Shown here piece after piece: positions 29,627 through 40,254 of a stretch of DNA of 61,773 bases. Within the stretch, counting starts at the first letter, position 1, and every line of letters starts with the position of its first letter. The position numbers were made by a program, and so were the translations under genes. The stretch lies in NCBI GenBank assembly GCA_964652795.1, contig CAZZBF010000007.1, forward strand, positions 1 through 61,773. The letters run 5' to 3'. The notes beneath the pieces are model-generated. The model was given only the letters and a program-made list of their open reading frames with translations. It made no database searches and was not told where the DNA came from. The stretch is from an uncultured Syntrophales bacterium (GTDB taxonomy: Bacteria; Desulfobacterota; Syntrophia; Syntrophales; JADFWA01).

Positions 29627-31492
29627 ATGAAAAACATTATATGCAATAAAAACTTCTATGCGATGCTCCTTCTGGATGCGGTCCTCGTAACAACGGCCTA
29701 TCTATTTGCATACCTGCTCCGTTTTGAAGGTAACATTCCATTAAGTCACTGGGCACAATTTAAAAGCTCACTGCCATTTTTAATCCCCTTGAAGCTGATT
29801 TGCTTTTTTATTTTCGGACTCTACAGAGGAATGTGGAGATATACAAGCCTGGTGGATCTGAGAAACATTGTCATTGCCGCCAGCATATCCTCAGCGGTTA
29901 TCGTATTGTCCATTCTTTTTCTCTACCGCTTTCATGGATACTCCCGCTCCGTTTTTATCATAGACTGGGTTTTTACCCTGCTCTTTATCGGGGGAATCAG
30001 GGTAGCCATTAGAATTTTTCTAGGCGATCATTTCTTATCTTTGCGGATATTCAAGCCACCTGAAAGCTCATCAATCCCCAAAAAGAAACTGCTTATTATA
30101 GGAGCTGGCAACTCGGGTGAGAAGATCTTGAGGGAAATTCGGGAGACCTCTTCAATCAAACTTGAACCTGTGGGGCTTCTCGACGATGACCATAGAAAGC
30201 AGGGAATGACCATTCATGGAGTTCCGGTTCTCGGAACTGTGGATGATATTACTAAAATCAATAAAGATTTTGATGAAATCCTGATTGCCACCCCTTCGGT
30301 AAGAGGTGAAAAAATGCGGCGGATTGTTTCATTATGCGAAAAAACAGGCAAACAGTTCCGCACCCTGCCTGGAATCGGGGAGCTTCTCGAAGGGAAAATT
30401 TCAGTTATGGCAATCCGCAAGGTACACATGGAGGATTTGCTGGATCGCGAAGAAATACATCTCGATGAAGAAGAGATTCGTCAGTATATTAAAGATAAAC
30501 GCATTCTGGTCACGGGAGCCGGAGGTTCCATAGGAAGTGAACTGGTGAGGCAGATATGCCGTTTCTATCCCGGGGCGATAGCCTTCATGGAATTTAGCGA
30601 GGAAAAACTTTTTAAGATAGAAATAGAGTGTAAACGTCTTTTTGAATTTCTCCCGACATCGGAATTTTTGCTCGATATAAAGAACCGCACCTCTGTGGAC
30701 AGAGCATTTCGGGAATTTGCTCCCGATGTGGTTTTTCACGCCGCCGCGTACAAGCATGTGCCGTTGCAGGAGCTGAACCCGTGGGAAACAACTTTCAACA
30801 ATGTTCTCGGAACACGAAATCTGGTTGAAGCCGCTCTGGAAAATAAGGTGGAACGTTTTGTCCTTGTTTCATCCGACAAGGCGGTGCGGCCAAGCAGTGT
30901 GATGGGGGCTACAAAACGAGTGGCTGAGATGTTAGTGGAATGTGTGAATAACAACGCCACGACCCGTTTTATGGCTGTACGCTTCGGAAATGTCCTCTGG
31001 AGTTCCGGATCGGTTATTCCCACCTTCCAGAAACAGATATCCATGGGTTCCCCCGTTACCGTTACCCACCCCGAAATAACACGTTACTTCATGAGTATTT
31101 CGGAAGCCGCTCAATTAATTCTTCAGGCAGGCGCCATGGGAGAGGGAAACGAAATATTCATCCTGGACATGGGAAAACCCATGCGTATAGTTGACCTGGC
31201 GCGGGATCTGATTCGTCTCAGCGGATTTGAGCCGGATCGTGATATTCCCATCAAGTTTACCGGTCTCAGACCGGGTGAAAAGCTCTATGAAGAACTGATT
31301 ACGGAAGGTGAAGGAATCGTGGCCACAAACCATGAGAAGGTTCTTGTTCTTAGAGGAAACCGATGTAACAGGAATGCCCTCAACGCGAGAATTGATGAAC
31401 TCTTAGCTGTTGCAGAAACCTATGATGCGACGGCTATAAAGAAGAAACTCCAGGAAATCGTACCGGAGTACACACCTCAATGGCAAACCTAA
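29627..31492 (+). CDS. Membrane-bound UDP-GlcNAc 4,6-dehydratase (PglF/WbpM/CapD-like)
   Basis: N-terminal TMs, GAGNSG, TGAGGSIGSEL, HAAAYKHVP, VRFGNVL, RPGEKLYEEL. Confidence 0.92.
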   Translation: MKNIICNKNFYAMLLLDAVLVTTAYLFAYLLRFEGNIPLSHWAQFKSSLPFLIPLKLICFFIFGLYRGMWRYTSLVDLRNIVIAASISSAVIVLSILFLYRFHGYSRSVFIIDWVFTLLFIGGIRVAIRIFLGDHFLSLRIFKPPESSSIPKKKLLIIGAGNSGEKILREIRETSSIKLEPVGLLDDDHRKQGMTIHGVPVLGTVDDITKINKDFDEILIATPSVRGEKMRRIVSLCEKTGKQFRTLPGIGELLEGKISVMAIRKVHMEDLLDREEIHLDEEEIRQYIKDKRILVTGAGGSIGSELVRQICRFYPGAIAFMEFSEEKLFKIEIECKRLFEFLPTSEFLLDIKNRTSVDRAFREFAPDVVFHAAAYKHVPLQELNPWETTFNNVLGTRNLVEAALENKVERFVLVSSDKAVRPSSVMGATKRVAEMLVECVNNNATTRFMAVRFGNVLWSSGSVIPTFQKQISMGSPVTVTHPEITRYFMSISEAAQLILQAGAMGEGNEIFILDMGKPMRIVDLARDLIRLSGFEPDRDIPIKFTGLRPGEKLYEELITEGEGIVATNHEKVLVLRGNRCNRNALNARIDELLAVAETYDATAIKKKLQEIVPEYTPQWQT

Positions 31493-31517
31493 AATAAGGA
31501 AAAGAAGACAACCACAC

Positions 31518-31556
31518 AAACAGAGGCGCACCCATACTATGGGTGCGCCTCTGTTT
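31518..31556. terminator. Bidirectional intrinsic terminator between convergent operons
   Basis: Perfect 19-bp inverted repeat AAACAGAGGCGCACCCATA-C-TATGGGTGCGCCTCTGTTT. Confidence 0.75.
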
Positions 31557-31597
31557 CGATCTACCTTTCAGATCATCTTATCTTTTGTAGTACCACC

Positions 31598-32572
31598 CTA
31601 CCCTTCCGGCACTTTGATCCACTCGTTGAGCACCTGCTGCACAACGCTGTAAGGGTCCTGCTCGTGATTCATGATCGCATCTACCAATTGTTCCATCTTG
31701 CCGGTTTCAGACAAGTGCTTCCGGAGAAGACTGAAAATTTCGTAGTGAATCATCTGAAGAGTCTGTTGCTGGGTCCGCTCGCGCCGCTTTTGCATAAAGG
31801 TACCGTCCTGCTTTAGATGTTCCTGATGTGATAATACAGCATCCAGAACATTTGTAACTCCAACATCATTAACGGCCGTGGCTTGGACAACCAAAGGTGT
31901 CCACGACTGGTTCCGGGTCCTACCCTTGATCTGGTCATCCTGACTCACTCGATGGGATACCTCTACAAAAAGCTGATCGGCCCCCTGACGGTCGGATTTG
32001 TTGATGACATAAACATCTGCAATCTCCATCACCCCCGCCTTCATAGTTTGGATCGCGTCTCCCAAACCGGGAGCCAAAACCAGGCAGGTAGTATCGGCGA
32101 TACGCATGACTTCCACTTCATCCTGCCCTACTCCTACTGTCTCAATAATGATTACATCCTTGCCTGCGGCATCTAGAACATTAACCACCTTACCTGTGGA
32201 TTGAGTCAAACCTCCCAGGAAACCGCGAGTAGCCATACTCCGGATGAAGACTCCCGGATCCTGCGCAATCTCGCTCATCCGGATCCGGTCTCCAAGTACA
32301 GCACCGCCAGTAAAGGGGCTTGAGGGATCAACGGCTATGATCCCCACGGTAAGCCCCTTTTCACGTATATGCCGGGTGAGTTTATCAGTAAGTGTGCTTT
32401 TGCCGGTACCAGGAGATCCTGTAATACCAATAATGTATGCCTTTCCTGTATGTAGATACAGCCTCTCCATACAGGGACGGGCAAGCTCATTTTCATTTTC
32501 TAGCCAGCTGATCACTCGCGCAATAGCTCGCGGGGATCCCTGGAGTATTTCACCAGCATAATCAATGGTCAT
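31598..32572 (-). CDS. meaB: Methylmalonyl-CoA mutase-associated GTPase MeaB/ArgK
   Basis: GSPGTGKSTL, AVDPSSPFTGGAVLGDRIRM, IETVGVGQDE, INKSD. Confidence 0.95.
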   Translation of the reverse strand: MTIDYAGEILQGSPRAIARVISWLENENELARPCMERLYLHTGKAYIIGITGSPGTGKSTLTDKLTRHIREKGLTVGIIAVDPSSPFTGGAVLGDRIRMSEIAQDPGVFIRSMATRGFLGGLTQSTGKVVNVLDAAGKDVIIIETVGVGQDEVEVMRIADTTCLVLAPGLGDAIQTMKAGVMEIADVYVINKSDRQGADQLFVEVSHRVSQDDQIKGRTRNQSWTPLVVQATAVNDVGVTNVLDAVLSHQEHLKQDGTFMQKRRERTQQQTLQMIHYEIFSLLRKHLSETGKMEQLVDAIMNHEQDPYSVVQQVLNEWIKVPEG

Positions 32573-32593
32573 TGTTTATCTTTCCTGTTATCC

Positions 32594-32992
32594 TCAAGAA
32601 CGGACATGTGTTGTGATAAAATCAACAATCTTGGGAGTAGGTGTCCCGGGTCCGAAAATCTCTGCTATTCCTACCTTCTTCAGTTCAGGTATGTCCTCTT
32701 CGGGAATAATCCCTCCGCCTACCACCAGGACGTCATTAAGTTTCTTTTCCTTGAGAAGTTCCACAACCCTCGGAAAGAAGTGGTTGTGCACTCCGGAAAG
32801 GCTGCTGAGACCTACAACGTCAGCATCTTCCTGAAGGGCCGCTTCCACTATCATCTCCGGTGTTTGCCTCAAACCAGTGTAGACCACTTCCATGCCGGCT
32901 TCTGCAAAAATCCGGGAAAGGAGCTTCGCACCACGGTCGTGTCCGTCCAGCCCTGGTTTCGCCACAATAATCTTTATCTTTTTATCTGCCAT
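32594..32992 (-). CDS. mcmB: Methylmalonyl-CoA mutase small (cobalamin-binding) subunit
   Basis: [10 protein letters not shown] (DxHxxG), GLSSLSG, GGGIIP. Confidence 0.95.
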   Translation of the reverse strand: MADKKIKIIVAKPGLDGHDRGAKLLSRIFAEAGMEVVYTGLRQTPEMIVEAALQEDADVVGLSSLSGVHNHFFPRVVELLKEKKLNDVLVVGGGIIPEEDIPELKKVGIAEIFGPGTPTPKIVDFITTHVRS

Positions 32993-33011
32993 AATATATT
33001 ACCTCCACGAA

Positions 33012-34691
33012 TTAAACGAATTCCTTTGGTCGATACTCTCCAAAAAGTTCACGCCACACATCGCATACTTCGCCGACTGTGGCCTTGGCCTTCACTGCTT
33101 CTATAACCGCTGGCATGACATTCTCGTCAGTCTTAGAGACTTCACGCAGATTGTCCAGAGCCTTCTGCCACGCAGCATTGTCACGCTCGGCTCGGAGTTT
33201 CTTCAGTTTTGCGGCCTCAACTTCTCCCAGTGCCATATCAACTTTGAGAAGACCGGTTGGTGGAGGCTCTTCCATAGTGTATTTGTTGACTCCCACGTAG
33301 GCCCTCTCTCCGGATTCAATCTCCTTCTGGAACTGATAAGAGCTGTTCTGGATTTCTTTTTGAATGTATCCCTCATCTATGGCGACCAGGGTACCACCCA
33401 ATTCATCAATCTTCTTAATGTACTGATCAATTTCAGCTTCGATCTGATCTGTAAGGGCTTCCACATAATAGGAACCGGCAAACGGATCAATTGTCAGACA
33501 AGCACCGCTTTCTTCGGCCACAATCTGCTGGGTCCTTAAGGCAACTGTCACAGCTTGTTGCGTCGGGAGACACAGGGCTTCGTCATAAGAATCAGTATGG
33601 AGAGACTGACATCCTCCTACAACTGCGGCGTAAGTCTGAAGACCCACACGCACAATATTGTTCAGCGGCTGCTGTGAAGTGAGTGTGACACCACCGGTCT
33701 GGACATGGTAACGCATCATCATGGATCGGGGATTCTTGGCTCCAAAGCGTTCCTTCATTACTTTTGCCCAGTAGCGTCTGCCTGCCCTGAATTTGGCTAC
33801 TTCTTCACAAACATTGGTAAAGACGTTGTAGAAGAAGCTCAGTCTCGGAGCAAAGTCATCTATGTCAATGCCCCTGTCGACACATGCCTGTGCATAGGCG
33901 ATTCCGTCGGCGATAGTAAATGCCATTTCCTGGGCGGCTGTGGCTCCTGATTCACGAATGTGATACCCGCTGATACTGATACTATTCCACCTGGGAACAT
34001 TTTTCTGGCAGTATGTTATCAGGTCAGTAGTAAGACGCATGGTCGGTCCGGGAGGATAGATGTACTGTCCACGACAGATGATCTCCTTCAGGACGTCATT
34101 CTGAATTGTTCCGCCTATCTTTTCAAAGGGAATACCCTGTTCTTCCGCGAGACTCAAGTACATGGCAAGGAGCACTGTGGCCGCGGCATTGATGGTCATG
34201 GAGGTGGTAACCTTATCCAGGGGTATCCCATCAAAAAGAATTCTCATATCCTCAATTGAATCGATCGCCGCTCCGACTTTACCAACCTCTCCCATTGAAA
34301 GAGGATGATCGCTGTCATAGCCCGCCTGGGTGGGAAGATGAAAAGCTACGCTCAAGCCCGTCTGTCCCTGTTCCAGAAGGTAGCGGTAACGGGCATTGGT
34401 CTCTTTGGCACTACCGAAACCGGCATACTGCCGCATGGTCCAGAATCTGCCCCGGTACATGGTTGGTTGGACCCCTCGCGTGAAAGGATACTCTCCGGGG
34501 AAGGAAAGCCTTTCTGCGTAGTCCAGATCTTTTACGTCTTCGGGGGTATAAAGACGCTCGATGGGGATTCCAGAGATACTGGTGAAAACTTCTTTTCGCT
34601 CGCCTCCCTTACTTAAAGTCTTCCCGAGCGTCCCAGCTTCCCAGTTCTCTTTTCCTTTTTTAACTCGTTCTAATTCCTTCTTATCAATCAT
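33012..34691 (-). CDS. mcmA: Methylmalonyl-CoA mutase large (substrate-binding) subunit
   Basis: PGEYPFTRG, TMRQYAGFG (Tyr, as in MCM; isobutyryl-CoA mutase has Phe), QNDVLKE, SISGYHIRE. Confidence 0.93.
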   Translation of the reverse strand: MIDKKELERVKKGKENWEAGTLGKTLSKGGERKEVFTSISGIPIERLYTPEDVKDLDYAERLSFPGEYPFTRGVQPTMYRGRFWTMRQYAGFGSAKETNARYRYLLEQGQTGLSVAFHLPTQAGYDSDHPLSMGEVGKVGAAIDSIEDMRILFDGIPLDKVTTSMTINAAATVLLAMYLSLAEEQGIPFEKIGGTIQNDVLKEIICRGQYIYPPGPTMRLTTDLITYCQKNVPRWNSISISGYHIRESGATAAQEMAFTIADGIAYAQACVDRGIDIDDFAPRLSFFYNVFTNVCEEVAKFRAGRRYWAKVMKERFGAKNPRSMMMRYHVQTGGVTLTSQQPLNNIVRVGLQTYAAVVGGCQSLHTDSYDEALCLPTQQAVTVALRTQQIVAEESGACLTIDPFAGSYYVEALTDQIEAEIDQYIKKIDELGGTLVAIDEGYIQKEIQNSSYQFQKEIESGERAYVGVNKYTMEEPPPTGLLKVDMALGEVEAAKLKKLRAERDNAAWQKALDNLREVSKTDENVMPAVIEAVKAKATVGEVCDVWRELFGEYRPKEFV

Positions 34692-34717
34692 AGTCTACCT
34701 CCTTTTAAAAGTTGTTT

Positions 34718-34829
34718 CCTTGTAACAATCCCCTGCACCATTGATTATTAAAAATCCACTGACGTATAGCAAAGAGTTGATAATGTGTCAAGCATTTAGT
34801 ACTTCCAATCCGCCTTGTAACACCCCTGC
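34718..34829. repeat. Direct repeat pair flanking the mutase promoter (candidate operator)
   Basis: CCTTGTAACAATCCCCTGC at 34718-34736 and CCTTGTAACACCCCTGC at 34813-34829. Confidence 0.6.
34763..34791 (-). promoter_or_regulatory. sigma70-type promoter of the mcmA-mcmB-meaB operon
   Basis: Minus strand TTGACA-17 bp-TATACG with extended -10 TG; AGGAGG RBS downstream. Confidence 0.65.
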
Positions 34830-35033
34830 CTTAAGAGACAAAATAGACGCGTAAAATACCTCTGTTATAAAGCTGTGCAATCGATAATTTTCAAAGCATC
34901 ATTTTTTCATAAAATACCTCGTTTATCGTGGGTCAAAATTAAAAAAAATATTGACACAAAGTATGTTGTTATGTTACGCCGTTCTCTGTGGTTCTTGTTC
35001 ATACTAAAAAAGTTTTAAGGAAGGAAATCGAAT

Positions 35034-36200
35034 ATGAAGATTCATGAGTATCAAGCGAAGGAGATCCTGAAGGAATACGGAATTCCCGTCCCTGAAGGAA
35101 GGGTAGCGAGTACCCCTGAAGAGGCCAAAAAAATAGCCTCCGAAATCGGGGGCGGCAAGGTGGTTGTCAAGGCCCAGATCCATGCTGGTGGAAGAGGAAA
35201 AGGAGGAGGGATAAAACTGGTTTCCTCGCCTCAGGAAGCGGAAGAGGCAGCAAGAGAAATTATCGGTATGCAACTGGTAACACCACAGACTGGCCCTGAG
35301 GGTAAAAAAGTAAAATCCGTACTGGTAGAAAAGGCTGGAGACATCAAAAAAGAACTCTACTTGGGAATAGTAGTCGACCGGTCTCGAAGCACGGAAGAAC
35401 CAGTAGTTATGGCTTCTCAGGCAGGTGGAATGTCGATTGAAGAAGTGGCGGCAGAAAACCCCGAGATGATCATAAAGGTTGCCGCTCATCCCGCAGGAAG
35501 TTTCAGCGGATACCAGGGAAGAAAAATTGCCTACGGTCTCGGGCTGGATAAACCTCTCGTGGGACAGGCATCTAAAATCGTGCAGAATCTTTACCAACTA
35601 ATGCTTGAAAAGGATGCTTCGTTAGTAGAAATTAATCCTCTGATCATCACTGCGGATGATCAACTTGTAGCTCTGGACGCCAAGATAAATTTTGATGATG
35701 ATGGCCTTTTCCGTCATCCGGAAATCTCAGAGTTGCGCGACACTGACGAAGAAGAACCCCTTGAAGTAGAGGCAAAAAATTTAGGGGTAAACTACATAAA
35801 ACTCGACGGAAACGTGGGCTGCATGGTCAACGGCGCGGGGCTCGCCATGACCACCATGGATCTCATAAAACTGGCAGGTGGTGAGCCGGCCAACTTCCTC
35901 GATGTTGGAGGGGGAGCTTCGGCAGAACAGATTGAAAACGCATTCAAAATACTCACCTCAGACAAAAATGTTAAAGCCATACTCGTTAACATCTTCGGGG
36001 GAATCCTCAGGTGTGATCGCTTGGCAAACGGAATCGTTCAAGCGGCAAGTAATCTGGACTTAAAAATTCCGATGGTTATAAGACTTCATGGCACCAATGA
36101 AGCGGAAGGTAAAAAAATCCTAGAGGAATCATCTGTAAAATTTGAAGTTGCTGATGGTCTCTATGAAGCCGCAGAAAAAGCGGTAAATATAGCAAGGTAA
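35034..36200 (+). CDS. sucC: Succinyl-CoA synthetase (ADP-forming) beta subunit
   Basis: [38 protein letters not shown]. Confidence 0.97.
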   Translation: MKIHEYQAKEILKEYGIPVPEGRVASTPEEAKKIASEIGGGKVVVKAQIHAGGRGKGGGIKLVSSPQEAEEAAREIIGMQLVTPQTGPEGKKVKSVLVEKAGDIKKELYLGIVVDRSRSTEEPVVMASQAGGMSIEEVAAENPEMIIKVAAHPAGSFSGYQGRKIAYGLGLDKPLVGQASKIVQNLYQLMLEKDASLVEINPLIITADDQLVALDAKINFDDDGLFRHPEISELRDTDEEEPLEVEAKNLGVNYIKLDGNVGCMVNGAGLAMTTMDLIKLAGGEPANFLDVGGGASAEQIENAFKILTSDKNVKAILVNIFGGILRCDRLANGIVQAASNLDLKIPMVIRLHGTNEAEGKKILEESSVKFEVADGLYEAAEKAVNIAR

Positions 36201-36225
36201 TAATTTTAGAGAGAGAGGTAAGACA

Positions 36226-37113
36226 GTGAGCATTCTATTAAATGAAGATAGTCGGATAGTAATCCAGGGAATTACTGGAGGTGAAGGGAGCTTCCATACC
36301 CGTGTATCGGTGGAGTTTGGAACCAACGTAGTGGCAGGTGTGACCCCCGGTAAAGGAGGAGCAGACATGGATGGAATCCCTGTCTATAACCGGGTGAGTG
36401 AAGCAGTATCAGAACAAGGGGCTAATGTCGCGGGAATATATGTTCCGGCAGCCTTTACTCCCGATGCCGTTTTAGAAGCCGTCGAAGCGGGGATTAAATT
36501 TGTTGTAGCCCTCACCGAGGGTGTTCCCGTTCTGGAAATGGTTAAGGTAAAAAAGGTCATGAAGGACTATGACGCTTATCTTATTGGACCAAATTGTCCC
36601 GGCATTACGACGCCAGGTGTGGGAAAAATCGGCTTCATGCCTAATTTTATCCACAAAAAAGGTAATGTGGGAGTCATCTCCCGAAGCGGAACTCTGACTT
36701 ATGAGGCGATTGATCAGCTGACCGCTCTGGGAATCGGACAATCAACTTCCATCGGTATCGGTGGTGACCCAATCGTAGGTTCCGGTTTTATAGATCTTCT
36801 GGAGTTGTATGAAAAAGATCCCCAGACGGATCTTATTGTTATGATCGGTGAGATCGGTGGAACCGCAGAGGAAGAAGCCGCTCAGTACGTAAAAGACTAC
36901 TTGACCAAGCCGGTCGTTTCCTTCATAGCCGGTCAGACCGCCCCCCCAGGCAGAAGAATGGGACATGCCGGTGCGATCATCGCCGGAGGAAAAGGAACCG
37001 CCGCTGAAAAGATGGCAGCGCTGACGAAAGCAGGCATAGCGGTAGTAAAGAACCCCGCCGAAATCGGGATAACCGCGAAAAAGATACTCGAAGAACGGGG
37101 GCTGCTTAAATAA
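36226..37113 (+). CDS. sucD: Succinyl-CoA synthetase alpha subunit
   Basis: [26 protein letters not shown] (phospho-His). Confidence 0.97.
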   Translation: MSILLNEDSRIVIQGITGGEGSFHTRVSVEFGTNVVAGVTPGKGGADMDGIPVYNRVSEAVSEQGANVAGIYVPAAFTPDAVLEAVEAGIKFVVALTEGVPVLEMVKVKKVMKDYDAYLIGPNCPGITTPGVGKIGFMPNFIHKKGNVGVISRSGTLTYEAIDQLTALGIGQSTSIGIGGDPIVGSGFIDLLELYEKDPQTDLIVMIGEIGGTAEEEAAQYVKDYLTKPVVSFIAGQTAPPGRRMGHAGAIIAGGKGTAAEKMAALTKAGIAVVKNPAEIGITAKKILEERGLLK

Positions 37114-37269
37114 ATATAAATCCTCACTCAATTGAAAAGACAGGGGATATCAGATATATTCCGACCGAACCACTGTGAATGTTAGTTAATTGGAAAGGTA
37201 GACAAGCGGAAAAAGCTTAATAAGCCCTGTTTTCAAATAGAGCAGAGGCAAAAGGAAAGGAGGTCTTTA

Positions 37270-37671
37270 ATGAAGGTATCAAAAGTTGATCATATCGGAG
37301 TGGCGGTGAAGAGTATTGAAGAGGCCCTTAAATTGTATGAGGGTATCTTGGGACTAAAATTAGATGAAGTTGAAACAGTTGAAGAGCAGAAAGTCAAAGT
37401 GGCTTTTCTTCCTGTCGGGGATACTGAAGTAGAGCTTCTCGAATCTACCTCGCCCGACGGACCAATAGCCAAGTATATTGAGAAGAAAGGTGAAGGAATG
37501 CAGCATATCGCTTTTCGGGTTGAAAATATAGAAGAGGCTTTGAAAGAGCTCAAAGAGAAAGGTGTTCGCCTCATTGATGAAACACCGAGGATGGGAGCCG
37601 GAGGCGCGAAAATCGCTTTTGTTCACCCGAAAGAGACTTTTGGGGTTATGATAGAGCTGTGCGAAAGATAA
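37270..37671 (+). CDS. mce: Methylmalonyl-CoA epimerase
   Basis: [30 protein letters not shown]. Confidence 0.95.
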   Translation: MKVSKVDHIGVAVKSIEEALKLYEGILGLKLDEVETVEEQKVKVAFLPVGDTEVELLESTSPDGPIAKYIEKKGEGMQHIAFRVENIEEALKELKEKGVRLIDETPRMGAGGAKIAFVHPKETFGVMIELCER

Positions 37672-37726
37672 GATATTTTTAGTTAGATAGTAAATTAACG
37701 TTTTTAACTTAAGAAAGGAGTAGAAT

Positions 37727-39184
37727 ATGAGTAAGCTAAACTTGGAATTAACCGATATCAGGAGTGCCTTTCCTGATGACTTCACGGAAGCTCAGATTGC
37801 TGCGGGACAGACCCTGTTCCTCAAAGCACTCGCCGCCGATGTACACCAATTTTACGGCGGCAAAATGGTAACCGTTCCCAAGTGCGGGTTTTACGGTTTC
37901 AACTGGTACAACGTTTACTATACACCAGGTGTATCAATAGTTTCAACCACCATCAGAGATGACAACAATACATCCTTTGATATTACTAACCGTGGAAACT
38001 ATGTCGCTGTTGTCAGTGATTCTACCAGAGTCCTGGGTGATGGGGACTGTACGCCTCCGGGCGGTCTCGGGGTCATGGAAGGAAAAGCCTTCCTGATGAA
38101 GACCTTGGCAGGTATCGATGCTACCGCGCTGTGTGTCGACAGCAAGAACGCCAAGGGTGAAAATGATCCTGACAAAATAATTGAATTCGTGAAGATGCTT
38201 ACACCCAGCTTCGGCGCAGTCAACCTCGAAGATATTTCTCAGCCGAACTGTTTTAAGGTACTTGATGACCTTCAGGATTGTGATATTCCGGTGTGGCATG
38301 ATGACGCGCAGGGAACAGCTTGTGTAACCCTTGCTGGTCTCCTCAATGCCCTGAAACTTGTTGATAAACCTATCGGCGATATTAACATGGCCTTTTTCGG
38401 CGCCGGCGCCTCAAACACCACCATCGCCCGACTGATTATGCTGGCGGGTGCGGATCCTCAAAGAATCGTCATGTGTGATTCAAAGGGCGGTCTCCATACC
38501 GGTCGCGACAATATCAAAGCCGATCCGAGATTCTATCGTAAATGGGAAATCTGCGAAGCCACCAACCCGAAGAAGGTCGACAACATTGTAGACGCGATGA
38601 AGGGCGCAGATGTGCTTATTGCCCTTTCAACACCGGGACCCGGCGTAATTAAAGGCGAGTGGGTAAAAGACATGGCCGATAAATCCATCGTCTTCGCCTG
38701 TTCCAACCCGGTACCGGAAATTTATCCCTATGAAGCCATCGAAGCAGGCGCCTACATAGTCGCCACAGGAAGAGGAGATTTCCCCAACCAGGTAAATAAC
38801 TCCCTCTGTTTCCCGGGACTCCTGAAAGGCGCTCTCCTCACCAGAGCAAAGGGCGTAACGGACAAAATGGCCGTCACAGCCGCTCGTTCAATCGCCGCGA
38901 CTGCCGAACGTAAAGGCATAACTCCGACGAAGATTTCTCCTCTGATGAACGAACTCGATGTCTTCCCGCAGGAAGCAGCCGACGTGGCCATGCAGGCAAT
39001 AAAAGACGGCGTTGCCAGGGTAAAACCTACAGCGGAAGAGGTCTACAAGAAAACAGAAGAAGACCAGAAAAGTTCAATGGCCATCTATGACAGCTTGCAG
39101 GATTCTGGACTTATTGAAAAAGTACCAATGGATATGCTGGATAAAGCATTGAAGTCAGCTATCGACGGAATACGAAACGGTTAA
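37727..39184 (+). CDS. NAD(P)-dependent malic enzyme (no PTA domain)
   Basis: YTPGV, VMEGKA, NLEDI, WHDDAQGTA, GAGAS, NPVPEI, GRGDFPNQVNN. Confidence 0.93.
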   Translation: MSKLNLELTDIRSAFPDDFTEAQIAAGQTLFLKALAADVHQFYGGKMVTVPKCGFYGFNWYNVYYTPGVSIVSTTIRDDNNTSFDITNRGNYVAVVSDSTRVLGDGDCTPPGGLGVMEGKAFLMKTLAGIDATALCVDSKNAKGENDPDKIIEFVKMLTPSFGAVNLEDISQPNCFKVLDDLQDCDIPVWHDDAQGTACVTLAGLLNALKLVDKPIGDINMAFFGAGASNTTIARLIMLAGADPQRIVMCDSKGGLHTGRDNIKADPRFYRKWEICEATNPKKVDNIVDAMKGADVLIALSTPGPGVIKGEWVKDMADKSIVFACSNPVPEIYPYEAIEAGAYIVATGRGDFPNQVNNSLCFPGLLKGALLTRAKGVTDKMAVTAARSIAATAERKGITPTKISPLMNELDVFPQEAADVAMQAIKDGVARVKPTAEEVYKKTEEDQKSSMAIYDSLQDSGLIEKVPMDMLDKALKSAIDGIRNG

Positions 39185-39202
39185 TAGTCGGTCTAAGTTT
39201 CT

Positions 39203-39232
39203 TTAGGGGATGGACTCAAGTCCATCCCCTAA
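39203..39232 (+). other. Intergenic GC-rich hairpin without a U-tract
   Basis: TTAGGGGATGGACT-CA-AGTCCATCCCCTAA, perfect 14-bp arms. Confidence 0.6.
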
Positions 39233-39265
39233 GATGAATGTCAAACTAATAAGGAGCAAGGTAAG

Positions 39266-40105
39266 ATGAGAGAAATTTCTTGCGATGAGATTATTAAAGT
39301 AATAAGAGGCCTTTGTATTGACGCCGACTGCAATCTTGGAGATGATGTCGAGGCCGCTTTTGACAGGGCAATCGAAAAAGATGAATCTCCTGTAGCCGTG
39401 GAGGTTATAAAAGAACTGAAGGAGAACTCAAAGATTGCCCGGGAAGAACTGGTCCCAATCTGTCAGGACTGCGGTCTTGCCGTTTTGTTTATTGAACTGG
39501 GGCAGGAAGTTCATATCGTCGGCGGTGACTTCAAAGAGGCCGTTAACGAAGGGGTCAGACAGGGATACGCCGATGGCTACTTAAGAAAATCGGCCTGTCA
39601 TCCCTTTACCCGAAAGAATACCGGAGACAATACCCCGGCCATTATTCACACCGAGATCGTACCGGGAGATAAAATGAAGATAACCATCGCTCCTAAAGGT
39701 GGTGGCAGTGAAAACATGAGCAGGGTAACCATGCTCACTCCCGCTATGGGTATAGAAGGAGTAAAGGATTTTGTTGTGCAAAGATTGGCAGAAGCCGGTT
39801 CCAATCCCTGTCCTCCCACAGTGGTCGGTATAGGTGTGGGTGGAACATTTGAACGCTCGGCATTTCTGGCCAAAAAGGCACTGCTCCGAAAGATAGGGGA
39901 AAGGAATCCCGATCCGGAACTGGCAAAGGTAGAAGAAGAAGTTCTCGAGAGAATCAACAAGCTCGGGATCGGTCCGATGGGATATGGAGGAAACACAACC
40001 TCCCTCGATGTATTATTTGAAATGGAACCATGCCATATTGCCAGCTTACCGTTGGCGGTTAACATTCAGTGCCATGCGGCAAGACATAAAGAGGCTGTTA
40101 TTTAA
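39266..40105 (+). CDS. fumA: Class I fumarate hydratase, alpha (Fe-S) subunit
   Basis: PICQDCG, KGGGSEN, NPCPP, QCHAARH. The TCA context favours fumarase over tartrate dehydratase. Confidence 0.88.
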   Translation: MREISCDEIIKVIRGLCIDADCNLGDDVEAAFDRAIEKDESPVAVEVIKELKENSKIAREELVPICQDCGLAVLFIELGQEVHIVGGDFKEAVNEGVRQGYADGYLRKSACHPFTRKNTGDNTPAIIHTEIVPGDKMKITIAPKGGGSENMSRVTMLTPAMGIEGVKDFVVQRLAEAGSNPCPPTVVGIGVGGTFERSAFLAKKALLRKIGERNPDPELAKVEEEVLERINKLGIGPMGYGGNTTSLDVLFEMEPCHIASLPLAVNIQCHAARHKEAVI

Positions 40106-40254
40106 CGATTACTTAATCAAACCACATATTACTCTATAATAGTGTTCTTTAGCATGATATTTTGTCACGTTGTGAGTGCAAATGATTGAGCGGTTGTACG
40201 CTAAAAATACTTCATAAGTTGTGGTTTAGGGAAGTACTAACGCTGGAGGGAAAA

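Noticed and set aside
34692-35033. Cobalamin riboswitch upstream of the mutase; sucC promoter at TTGACA 34951
   Set aside because: No B12-element core is visible on the minus strand, and the TTGACA has no acceptable -10 at 16-18 bp spacing.
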